Shown piece after piece: positions 56,073-64,000 of a stretch of 64,000 bases of DNA. The position numbers and the translations under genes are program-made. The notes under the pieces were generated by a model. The model saw only the letters and a list, made by a program, of their open reading frames with translations. It had not been told where the DNA came from and made no database searches. Numbering within the stretch: the stretch's first letter is position 1; every line of letters starts with the position of its first letter. The stretch comes from Candidatus Dojkabacteria bacterium (GTDB lineage: Bacteria > Patescibacteriota > Dojkabacteria > J137): the NCBI GenBank assembly GCA_040006935.1, contig JBDTVZ010000002.1:144174-208173 (forward strand), given 5' to 3'.

Positions 56073-58590
56073 CAGAATAAGTCCTATTAGCTAAATCATC
56101 ACCAAAGCTCAATCGATATCTAGGATCAAAGTTAAAGAAAGTTGCAGGTTGTAAATTATTTCCATCTAAATCAATATCTCTTTTTATTGTAGTAAGCCCT
56201 GCATTCATGGTATTGCGCGCAACAACTCCACCATTTATGTATAAACCGTCCCATTTTCTACCTACACCAAGATTATCTACAGGAACGTTAAATGTTCCAT
56301 CAGTTATAATAAATGCATTAACAATATCGTATTGAGCAAGTGTTGTGGAATTAGTTGCTAAAACTGGTGTTTTAGCCGTACCAGTATTTATAGTCACATT
56401 CCCTTTTACAATAAATAAACATCCATTGTAAGTTTGATTTGTTGGAACAGGTGCAACAGGTGCAGCTCCAATTGTTAGGTCAGGATTGATTACAAGGTTA
56501 CCTTGGACAAATATTATCGCTCTCGAAGTACAGACACTATTTGCATTAATTGTGAGGTCCCCGGTTATTATTCCACCAGCTTTAGCATTAGCGGAAGAAC
56601 CTATTCCTACTGCAACATCTCCAGCTATAGTTTTATTACCAGCAAAAGTTACTAATGTTGTTTTTCCATTTTTAGTAATCTTATCGAGAAGATAATCATA
56701 CCAAAGTCCATTTGTAACTCCAGTTGCATTTACCGCATCATCTGCATAGTTTTGTAAAATTTCACTATATTTTGATACAGTTCCTTTCGCATTATTGGCA
56801 GTTCCACTAATCGCTCCATACTGGGAGAAGTAGGATTGACCTGTAGTTGAAGTAAACGGAATTGTGAAGCTAGGAATATTTGGAACTTTTGTTCTATCTA
56901 TTCCACCTACTCCAGAGATGTTCCCACCGACTCCTAGAATCCAAGGACTTGGTAAAAGCGAATTTACGTTTGTTTGAGATATATTACATCCTTTATCTTT
57001 TGCATATAATTTATATGTATACGTCGCAAAATTACCAGGTGATAAATCTTTATAATTTTTAGTTCCCAAATTTGCAGCAGTTACTCCACCATTAGGAATA
57101 TCTGCAGGGTAGTTTTGCACAGTTCCGGGAGTTGTAATTGTTAGAGCGTCAGTGTTATCTCTGATTTGTGAACCTGCTACATCTGAGTAGACATAGGAAA
57201 ATACTCCATTCAAACCTATTGCATCCGTTGCACTCCAGGTTACATTAATAGATCCATCTGGTTGAAAGCTTGGACTTGATAATGTAGCAGTTGGAGCGGT
57301 TAAATCCACTCCCCATGTTCCTGATTTATGCATAACATATTGAGAAGTTGCTGTTGCATCATTACTAGGTAAATTACCTGGCGGTGTTGGGGAACCTGGT
57401 ATTCGAGGTATTGCCATTGTGTATACATTGTAAGTCCCATCTGGAAAACCTGTATCAAATCTCATTCTAAAAGTTGCTGTAGTTTGATTTCCTACAATAG
57501 TCATGTGTGTTCCAGAACCTAAATCCATTAAGGTACTTTTATAAGCTGTTAATCCTGTAGAACCCGAATTTCCTGCGGTTGCTTGTACCCAAGACGAAGT
57601 ACCAAAGTTATACCATTGGTACGGAGCATATGTTGATGCTGTAGCAGATTGATTAATAGCAAAGATTGATGTTGAAGCACCTAATGATTTCGCAATCGCT
57701 GTTGGGAAATCTACTGTGTTTGCCGTAACTGCATAAGTCCCAGTTGTTGGTAGTAAGACTACAACAGTCCAGTCTAGTGTATTTGCTGGATCAGAATTTT
57801 GATAAGTTGCTGACCAATCGATTGGATTACTAGTTCCCGCTGTTGAAGAATTCCCAGAAGTACTATTCCCACATACATCTGCAGAGGCTATGCCTGATGA
57901 AACAAATGTAGGAGGAAGGCTTGTGGTAAATTCTCTAACCGCAGAATAGCTAGCTAAACTCCCATTCCATTCTTGTACAAACCAACAATATGTTGTTCCC
58001 CAAGCTAATTCTGTATTTAATGAAAAAGTTGTTGTTGCAGGAACAAGTGCAGGGTAAGACCAAACATTTGTACCCGTAATACAATCTCCAATCTTTTGTC
58101 TATAAATTACTCTGTCCTGGTTTGTTTGAGGACAACCTATACCAAAAGCACCATTAGTCCAGGTAAACGTGACCGGCTTACCTAAATTTGTTGCCAAATT
58201 TGCAGGTGAAATAGAAACAGGTGAACCTGGTGTTGTCGGTACACAAGCAGGTGGCGGTGCAGGTGGTGGTGCGGGCGGCGGCCCAGGTGGTGCAGGCGGT
58301 GGTGCGGGTGGCGGTGCTACAGGACAACTACCTGAACAAATATACGATCCATTTGAACATAGTGTTGCTGCCCTACAACCTCCAGGAACACAAGGATTAG
58401 TACTCGTTATTGTTTGGCACTGACTTGCAGAACAATCTCCTTGGCAACACCAACCTCCAGACGAACAACCATTAACGTTAGGTGTACATGAATAACATAA
58501 ATCTGCATAAACATGCTTTACTGTAATAGGTGTAACAAAGGCTAATGAAACTAATACGAGTGAAATTGTAAATACAATAAATTTTTTCAT
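56053..58590 (-). CDS. Large secreted or surface protein with a Cys-rich N-terminal module, a poly-proline linker (PPPAPPPAPPGPPPAPPPAPPP) and a beta-helix-like repetitive C-terminal region.
   Basis: It has a signal peptide. The poly-Pro tract is encoded by GC-rich GGTGG/GGCGG repeats at about 58225..58320. Confidence 0.55.
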   Translation of the reverse strand: MKKFIVFTISLVLVSLAFVTPITVKHVYADLCYSCTPNVNGCSSGGWCCQGDCSASQCQTITSTNPCVPGGCRAATLCSNGSYICSGSCPVAPPPAPPPAPPGPPPAPPPAPPPACVPTTPGSPVSISPANLATNLGKPVTFTWTNGAFGIGCPQTNQDRVIYRQKIGDCITGTNVWSYPALVPATTTFSLNTELAWGTTYCWFVQEWNGSLASYSAVREFTTSLPPTFVSSGIASADVCGNSTSGNSSTAGTSNPIDWSATYQNSDPANTLDWTVVVLLPTTGTYAVTANTVDFPTAIAKSLGASTSIFAINQSATASTYAPYQWYNFGTSSWVQATAGNSGSTGLTAYKSTLMDLGSGTHMTIVGNQTTATFRMRFDTGFPDGTYNVYTMAIPRIPGSPTPPGNLPSNDATATSQYVMHKSGTWGVDLTAPTATLSSPSFQPDGSINVTWSATDAIGLNGVFSYVYSDVAGSQIRDNTDALTITTPGTVQNYPADIPNGGVTAANLGTKNYKDLSPGNFATYTYKLYAKDKGCNISQTNVNSLLPSPWILGVGGNISGVGGIDRTKVPNIPSFTIPFTSTTGQSYFSQYGAISGTANNAKGTVSKYSEILQNYADDAVNATGVTNGLWYDYLLDKITKNGKTTLVTFAGNKTIAGDVAVGIGSSANAKAGGIITGDLTINANSVCTSRAIIFVQGNLVINPDLTIGAAPVAPVPTNQTYNGCLFIVKGNVTINTGTAKTPVLATNSTTLAQYDIVNAFIITDGTFNVPVDNLGVGRKWDGLYINGGVVARNTMNAGLTTIKRDIDLDGNNLQPATFFNFDPRYRLSFGDDLANRTYSVREFGL

Positions 58591-59123
58591 TATATATACT
58601 TACAATAAAAAATATCGAATGGCGAAATAGATTTAAATGATATGCTTTTATCAATACCATGCTCATCTACCATAGCATAACCATAAGGAATTTCTATAGC
58701 CCGATTTATTGTATCAAAATAATAAATGTTAAGTAATTTTATTGGTATTACGATATAAGCACAATTTGATTGTGGTACAAATTTAATGCTATTCCCGACT
58801 TCAGATACTTTTATAAAACCACTGTTTGATAAGAAATCTGGAGAAGAGTAACTGGGATTATTAAGCATAATCCTTACTTCCTGATTATTATCTTTCCTCT
58901 GCAAAATTAGAGTATTTCCATCGGTATTTGAAGTTTCAATAATATAATTATATTTAGATGAATCTAAATAATAATTCATTGTATAGTCGTAGCCACCAAA
59001 ACCTAGTGATGTTGGATAGTTAATATTGAATTTAGATGTATCAGGTACTTTAAGAAGAGTTAGACTTCCAGCAATAATCACTCCTGACATAATAACTAAA
59101 ACAATGCTTATAAATACTTTCAT
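58590..59123 (-). CDS. Small hypothetical secreted or anchored protein.
   Basis: N-terminal TM/signal sequence (ISIVLVIMSGVIIAGSL). Confidence 0.4.
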   Translation of the reverse strand: MKVFISIVLVIMSGVIIAGSLTLLKVPDTSKFNINYPTSLGFGGYDYTMNYYLDSSKYNYIIETSNTDGNTLILQRKDNNQEVRIMLNNPSYSSPDFLSNSGFIKVSEVGNSIKFVPQSNCAYIVIPIKLLNIYYFDTINRAIEIPYGYAMVDEHGIDKSISFKSISPFDIFYCKYI

Positions 59124-59124
59124 T

Positions 59125-59607
59125 TTACAAAATCATAAAGAATGAAATATATTCTGAACCGTCTGAGTTCTGAGTAAGCCATAAATAAACTTTATTCCCT
59201 TTTAACATTTTTGACTCAAGTTCCTCTAAGCTTGTGGGTACAGGTGAATATCCATCACTACCATGATAGCTTGGTTGGAATAAATATTTATTATCTACAG
59301 AATCTGGAAGAACTATTACATCGCTTATATTGCCATTTAAATCTTTGATTTTAATATAATTTTGAACTAAAGGCTGTGAGCCAGTACCAAAACCTTGAAA
59401 ATAGATTTCTTCAATTGTTCCATAATATTTTTTAACGAGCTCAACGCTACTAATATTAGTATTATTAGAAATTAGCCACATACTTTTTGTTTGGAAGTTA
59501 GGACCTAGATATGAAGTCGTACTTTGGATATCCTGATATTTAAGCACTCCAAAGCCCACCGAAGCTAAGAAAATAATTATACAAATTACTAAAAAAACGT
59601 TCTTCAT
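59125..59607 (-). CDS. Small hypothetical secreted or anchored protein.
   Basis: N-terminal TM/signal sequence (VFLVICIIIFLASVGFGV). Confidence 0.4.
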   Translation of the reverse strand: MKNVFLVICIIIFLASVGFGVLKYQDIQSTTSYLGPNFQTKSMWLISNNTNISSVELVKKYYGTIEEIYFQGFGTGSQPLVQNYIKIKDLNGNISDVIVLPDSVDNKYLFQPSYHGSDGYSPVPTSLEELESKMLKGNKVYLWLTQNSDGSEYISFFMIL

Positions 59608-59670
59608 CTTTAATATGGTATTACGAAATACTAAATAATTTATCAGTATTCCTACTTATAATCAATACTA

Positions 59671-60330
59671 TTAAAGGAGTTTTAAGTAAATATCTTCCGC
59701 AAGTTCATCGACGACGAAGCTCTTCCTGTGAAGTTCGCTAAGCCCGTTGCGCTTTATCATTTCTCGGTGGAATTTAGTTGCATAACCCTTGTTCCTATTC
59801 CATCCATATTCTGGGTGGGCATTGTGAAGTTCTTTCATTAGTGAATCTCGTTCAACTTTTGCCAGGATTGAAGCTGCTGCAATTGAATAGTATGTAGAAT
59901 CACCTTTTATAAGTTTTCGTGTATTTTTTCCAAAGTCCTTTGCAAATTGCCCATCAATTAGAAAAAGTAAATTTTTATTCGAATATTTTTCTGTAAAGTT
60001 TTGAATAATAGATTCAATAATTTTGTGAAGGGCCTTTCCAATACCTTTTTTATCAATTTCTTCTACTGAGCCATATTTAACAATGAAGTCATGTTGGCTT
60101 AATTTTAAATATTGCTTTTCTCGAGCTTCTTCGTTTAACTTTTTAGAGTCATGAATTCCATGGAAGATTTTATTATTTTTTGAGAACAAATACCCTCCCA
60201 TAGCAACTGGGCCTGCAAGGCAACCTCTCCCGACTTCGTCTATTCCAACAACAAAGTCATATTCACCAGAAGATATAATTTCAGATTCAAATTTTGGGAG
60301 TAAAAATTTTGACATGTGAAGATTATACAA
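59671..60330 (-). CDS. rnhB: Ribonuclease HII.
   Basis: GIDEVGRGCLAGPV matches the RNase HII active-site motif DEAGRGPLAGPV. Confidence 0.85.
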   Translation of the reverse strand: MYNLHMSKFLLPKFESEIISSGEYDFVVGIDEVGRGCLAGPVAMGGYLFSKNNKIFHGIHDSKKLNEEAREKQYLKLSQHDFIVKYGSVEEIDKKGIGKALHKIIESIIQNFTEKYSNKNLLFLIDGQFAKDFGKNTRKLIKGDSTYYSIAAASILAKVERDSLMKELHNAHPEYGWNRNKGYATKFHREMIKRNGLSELHRKSFVVDELAEDIYLKLL

Positions 60331-60338
60331 TAAATGTT

Positions 60339-60371
60339 CCCTCTCCTTTCAAGGAGAGGGTTAGGGTGAGG
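60339..60371. repeat. GC-rich hairpin element (CCCTCTCCtttcaaGGAGAGGG…GGGTGAGG) of the same family as 47734..47801. It lies 3' of the HIT-like gene.
   Basis: Seen directly. Confidence 0.55.
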
Positions 60372-60421
60372 TCATACCGCACCGAAAACAAACCTCGCCT
60401 TTGTCCGGTCCATGTAATTAT

Positions 60422-60850
60422 TTAAGCTACCAAACTTGGTCTCAATTTTTTCAAAACTTTGAAGGCTACGTCACTATCTATTGTTTTAGATTTCCTGGTT
60501 TGGAGAAAATTGGCTAGAGTGAGGCCGAAACCTTTATACACATTTGGGATGAGATGGATACTTGCATGAGGAATCTCAAATCCCATAATGAGGCTGTAAA
60601 TTGGTTCTTTGGATTCCAATCTGGCATTTAGAAGTTTTGCCACAACTTGAACAACTTTGAAATACTCTCCTACTGATCCTGTCCCGGAATCGGGAAGTTC
60701 CCAAACATGTCGAAAGTGCGCTTTTGGGATTACTAGTGTATGTCCTTCTGAAAGGGGGTTGATATCTAAGAAGGCTAAGAAACTTTTGTCTTCATAAACT
60801 TTATAATAGTTCTTACTTTTTATCAATTCACAAAAAGTACATTGAGACAT
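60422..60850 (-). CDS. HIT-like protein with a degenerate histidine triad (H-A-S-I-H-L).
   Basis: GHTLVIPKAHF is present. The triad position reads PHASIHLIP (middle His to Ser). Confidence 0.55.
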   Translation of the reverse strand: MSQCTFCELIKSKNYYKVYEDKSFLAFLDINPLSEGHTLVIPKAHFRHVWELPDSGTGSVGEYFKVVQVVAKLLNARLESKEPIYSLIMGFEIPHASIHLIPNVYKGFGLTLANFLQTRKSKTIDSDVAFKVLKKLRPSLVA

Positions 60851-60968
60851 GGCTTGATTATAGCACCTAGAGTTCTTTTGTCAATTTAGATTGGAAGAGA
60901 AATAATAAATTATATATAGCCATTAAGTATTTTGGAGGATGGATCGTAAAAGTGTCAGAAGCTTCGAG

Positions 60969-61373
60969 CTAAAATTTGTACTTTTTTAACATTTCTTGAG
61001 CTTTTTCTGGAGTCAAAGGTGGATGATTGATAATATGCCCAATATCAGTAAGTGCTTTACCAAATCGACCTTCCTCTGTAGGTACTATATGAACATGAGC
61101 ATGCGCTACACCTACCCCATGAACAACTGCATAAACAAATTCATTACCAGAAACAATTTGGAAATGTTTGGCAATTTTCTGACATATTTCAAAATACTTT
61201 CCTATGGGCTCTACATCCCAAACAAATTTAAAATGTTTTTTAGGAATTACAAGCGTATGCGCATCTTCTGTGGGTCTCATGTCTAAGAAGGCCAAATAAT
61301 CGCTATCCTCATAAATTTTTGAGCAAGAGATTTCTCCGGCCACTATTTTGCAAAAAATACAGTCTTTCTCCAT
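60969..61373 (-). CDS. HIT family hydrolase (canonical HxHxHxx).
   Basis: AHTLVIPKKHF is present. The triad is VAHAHVHIVP. Confidence 0.75.
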   Translation of the reverse strand: MEKDCIFCKIVAGEISCSKIYEDSDYLAFLDMRPTEDAHTLVIPKKHFKFVWDVEPIGKYFEICQKIAKHFQIVSGNEFVYAVVHGVGVAHAHVHIVPTEEGRFGKALTDIGHIINHPPLTPEKAQEMLKKYKF

Positions 61374-61463
61374 GAATTTAATTTAAGAATTTTCAAACAA
61401 CGAAGGAATTATACAATTTCTATGGGAAATTGTTTGAAAATTGAAATTAGTTAATTGAGAATT

Positions 61464-61919
61464 TTACACAGATTCTGCTTCAGTTTGAGAAACTTCTTCT
61501 ACTGGAGTATCTATTACTACATCAGCCTCGGTAAGTTCAACAGCCTCGCCTTCTTCGGGAACAAATACTACTTTTCCTTTCTTAATTCTCGTTGCTCCCT
61601 TTCCTACTCTTTGTCTCATGAAGTATAGCTTAGCTCTTCTTACTGGCTCTTGTTTTATAATTTTTATTTTTCCTAGGTTAGTTGAATATAATGGGAAAGT
61701 TTTTTCTACTCCAACTCCATAACTTACTTTTCTAACTGTGAAAGTCTTTCCAGTTCCTGACCCTTTTACCATTATTACTAATCCTTTAAATTTCTGTATT
61801 CTTTGTTTTTCACCATCTCTAATAATAGTTTCGATTTCAACAGTCTGACCTGGTTGTATATCTGGGACTTTCTTTGATGTGAACTTTGATTCAATTTTAT
61901 TCAATAACTGTTGTGACAT
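61464..61919 (-). CDS. rplS: 50S ribosomal protein L19, with an acidic C-terminal extension.
   Basis: PDIQPGQTVEIET..GEKQRIQKFKGLVI…FTVRKVSYGVGVEKTFPL…RRAKLYFMRQR is present. Confidence 0.8.
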   Translation of the reverse strand: MSQQLLNKIESKFTSKKVPDIQPGQTVEIETIIRDGEKQRIQKFKGLVIMVKGSGTGKTFTVRKVSYGVGVEKTFPLYSTNLGKIKIIKQEPVRRAKLYFMRQRVGKGATRIKKGKVVFVPEEGEAVELTEADVVIDTPVEEVSQTEAESV

Positions 61920-62003
61920 ATCACTTCAATAAGATTTAATAATCGGGAAATTATAGCATAGAAATTAAGCTTGTGAACAAAAATACCTTACAAAACTATG
62001 TAT

Positions 62004-63287
62004 TTACAATATAAAATCTCCTGAAAGAATCTCTAGATTTTGTGTCGGGACTCCAAAATCTATTGGTTTCCAGTACTGCGTTACTATTGCATAAGAGGCA
62101 GGTAAGGCCTCGCCAAGATAAACTGTAGTTGTAAAACCTGTAGGCACGAATTCAGAAAGACCTTGGGTTTGGCTTTTTGCGAATATTTTATTATCAAGCG
62201 AATAGTAATTCTCTACAAGATATAATGGCAATTTTTGAGTAACTTCAGTTACTTGATTACTTTCCAAGTTCAAACTATAAACTCCAATATCTTTCTCGGA
62301 CCAGCTAGATTCGTTTATTGGAGTTAAGTTTCCTTTTACAAAAATTATTTGATTATTTGCATAACTAACTTTCGAAATAACTTCGTATCCTGGAAGTGAA
62401 AAAATTTCTTCCCTTTCTGAAGAAGTTAAGCTTGAAAGAGCAGATCCATCTTTACTCAAATAAACTGACGAAGGAGAAGGCTTTACGCTATAGACTAATC
62501 CAATATCATTTCTTTTTATAACTGCACAATCGATTGTGTTCAGAATTTTAGACGAGAAACTAAGTTGGTAGCAATTTATCCCATCCTGAAAGTAAGTACT
62601 TACTTGATCAATATAGATAATTCTAGATTTTTCACTTAAATTAGTAGTTTTAAAAATGCTCAATACTTGTGATTTTTCGTTTACTGAGTTTAGATAAATA
62701 ATATTGTCCTTATCCTTGCCCAAGTAGTAAAAAAGCTTCTCAGAGGGTTCATAGTAAATACTTATAAATGTATCCTGAAATTCCAAAGTAGTGAGATCTA
62801 ATTGTCCTTTATCTTTTTGAACATAATAAAATGTGGGATTCTCTTTTGAAGGTTCGTCAGCGACCAAAATTGATTCATCCGCAAGAAGTTTGATTAACTT
62901 AATCGTGGAAGGTAGGTCATAAACTTTTGTAAATTTACTATCTTTATCTACAAAACCCACATATGTTTTTCTCCCGGAAACGAACTTTACCCATAATTTA
63001 TCCTGCGATATTGGTGTAAAAGGACTTTTTATATAATCGCTTAAGATGCTTGACTGGGGATGATTACCGGAATCTACAAAATTAACTTGCGTTAAATCAT
63101 TTTCATTAGGACTTGAAAAAAGGCCGTTTACTTTACCAAAAGTGTTTCCACTATAAATAAAAAAGAATCTTACTAGAATGATAGATCCAAGAATTGACAA
63201 AATAATTGCACCAATCAACATTAACGCCTTTTTATTGCGTATTTTAGTATAATTAGCTTTGTTTACGTTATCCATTTGATTATCCAT
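62004..63287 (-). CDS. Hypothetical membrane-anchored extracellular protein.
   Basis: An N-terminal TM (LMLIGAIILSILGSIILVRFFFI) is followed by a beta-rich domain of about 380 aa. Confidence 0.45.
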   Translation of the reverse strand: MDNQMDNVNKANYTKIRNKKALMLIGAIILSILGSIILVRFFFIYSGNTFGKVNGLFSSPNENDLTQVNFVDSGNHPQSSILSDYIKSPFTPISQDKLWVKFVSGRKTYVGFVDKDSKFTKVYDLPSTIKLIKLLADESILVADEPSKENPTFYYVQKDKGQLDLTTLEFQDTFISIYYEPSEKLFYYLGKDKDNIIYLNSVNEKSQVLSIFKTTNLSEKSRIIYIDQVSTYFQDGINCYQLSFSSKILNTIDCAVIKRNDIGLVYSVKPSPSSVYLSKDGSALSSLTSSEREEIFSLPGYEVISKVSYANNQIIFVKGNLTPINESSWSEKDIGVYSLNLESNQVTEVTQKLPLYLVENYYSLDNKIFAKSQTQGLSEFVPTGFTTTVYLGEALPASYAIVTQYWKPIDFGVPTQNLEILSGDFIL

Positions 63288-63365
63288 CTTTAGAAACTGC
63301 TTGCTTTATGAGTTATAAAACATTATAATCCAAGCTAGCAATGATTGAAATTTTAAATAGAAAAT

Positions 63366-63569
63366 ATGTCAAAAACACAAGGACCAACATACCAACCAAG
63401 CAAAATAAAAAGAATTAGAAAATTCGGTTTTTTAAAAAGAAACGAGAGTTCTGATGGGAAAGAAGTATTAAAAAGAAGAAGAGCTAAGGGAAGACATGAG
63501 CTTACTGTTTCTAATGAATTTGGTAAAACGAAAATTGAAAAGAATAAGAAATTTGGGAGAAGACGATAA
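63366..63569 (+). CDS. rpmH: 50S ribosomal protein L34, with a C-terminal extension.
   Basis: [18 protein letters not shown]…[18 protein letters not shown] matches the L34 consensus. Confidence 0.7.
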   Translation: MSKTQGPTYQPSKIKRIRKFGFLKRNESSDGKEVLKRRRAKGRHELTVSNEFGKTKIEKNKKFGRRR

Positions 63570-63585
63570 TTCTAAATTCAAATAA

Positions 63586-63612
63586 GATATTAAGTCCCTG
63601 CAAAGGGATTTT
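63586..63612 (+). terminator. Small intrinsic terminator after rpmH (TCCCT-gcaa-AGGGA plus TTTTTT).
   Basis: Seen directly. Confidence 0.45.
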
Positions 63613-63635
63613 TTATTCCTTAGCAACGAGATTCA

Positions 63636-63980
63636 TTATTTCTTAGATAACTCTTTAACTAATAAATCTAGTTTTGAAAGTATTTCCGCACTTTCTGGAG
63701 ATTTACGTTGTTCACTTCTTAACCTCAATATTTCTCTTTTTAAATAATCATCTTTTATTCTTTTTACAATTTTTTTCATTTCCTTAGATTTTTCTTGAAT
63801 TCCATTTACATCCATCATCAAAATATCCTCAAAAACTTTCCTTTCTTCTTCATTCAAAAGAGTTTCAATATTACTAAAATCTCCATGATTTTTTTGTACT
63901 AAATCCATAATTTTTTTGTTGATTGGATTTTCTAACCATTCATTTTTTATCTGAATTTCATCTACATTATCTGCTTGCAA
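63636..63980 (-). CDS. Hypothetical protein. It may extend 5' beyond the window end.
   Basis: It is an acidic or lysine-rich helical sequence with no recognisable motif. The called start is 20 nt from the window edge. Confidence 0.3.
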   Translation of the reverse strand: MQADNVDEIQIKNEWLENPINKKIMDLVQKNHGDFSNIETLLNEEERKVFEDILMMDVNGIQEKSKEMKKIVKRIKDDYLKREILRLRSEQRKSPESAEILSKLDLLVKELSKK

Positions 63981-64000
63981 AAGTAATGCGAGAAAAAATT

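Noticed and set aside
1-64000. A CRISPR array, integrase, transposase or toxin-antitoxin pair.
   Set aside because: I saw no regularly spaced direct repeats with spacers, and no ORF has recombinase, transposase or recognisable toxin motifs. The only repeat structures are the dispersed GC-rich mini-elements described above.

Overview
AT-rich (by eye) bacterial chromosomal window with very tight gene packing. Several traits point to a Candidate Phyla Radiation (Patescibacteria)-type genome; this is an inference, not a database result. The S10-spc ribosomal operon has no rpmD (L30). Several ribosomal proteins carry lysine-rich extensions. A 23S-rRNA-intervening-sequence / four-helix-bundle protein is present. 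Many small proteins have N-terminal membrane anchors. The dominant feature is a complete tuf, S10 and spc ribosomal-protein cluster on the minus strand, running from tuf and rpsJ at about 47.3 kb through rplO at 36.65 kb. Instead of continuing into secY, it is followed after an intrinsic terminator by three tandem, tightly abutted paralogous giant genes of 1982, 1526 and 1524 aa (36489..21377). These encode membrane-anchored proteins with a conserved N-terminal module, two six-bladed Kelch-like beta-propellers and a conserved C-terminal module of unknown fold. The largest also has SBBP-type beta-propeller repeats. A small membrane protein and then secY follow. The spc operon therefore appears to have been split by a roughly 16 kb surface-protein cassette. 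Other recognisable genes are ung, a CBS-less IMPDH-family gene, gltX, sufC, a stand-alone SufB/D C-terminal fragment, a short-form pheT, a recO-like gene, nrnA-like, truB, rnhB, rplS, rpmH, an M15 (VanY-like) peptidase, GNAT, XRE, an alpha/beta hydrolase, a methyltransferase, three HIT-like paralogues, and tRNA-Leu(UAG). The second main observation is several families of short GC-rich repeat elements in this AT-rich genome: MITE-like elements with terminal inverted repeats, TTAA-flanked palindromes, a roughly 90-nt intergenic repeat, and nested GC hairpins. Two related copies of one family are inserted in-frame inside unrelated genes (sufC and an ATP-grasp gene), which is reminiscent of Rickettsia palindromic elements. 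No CRISPR array, transposase, integrase or reverse transcriptase ORF was seen.
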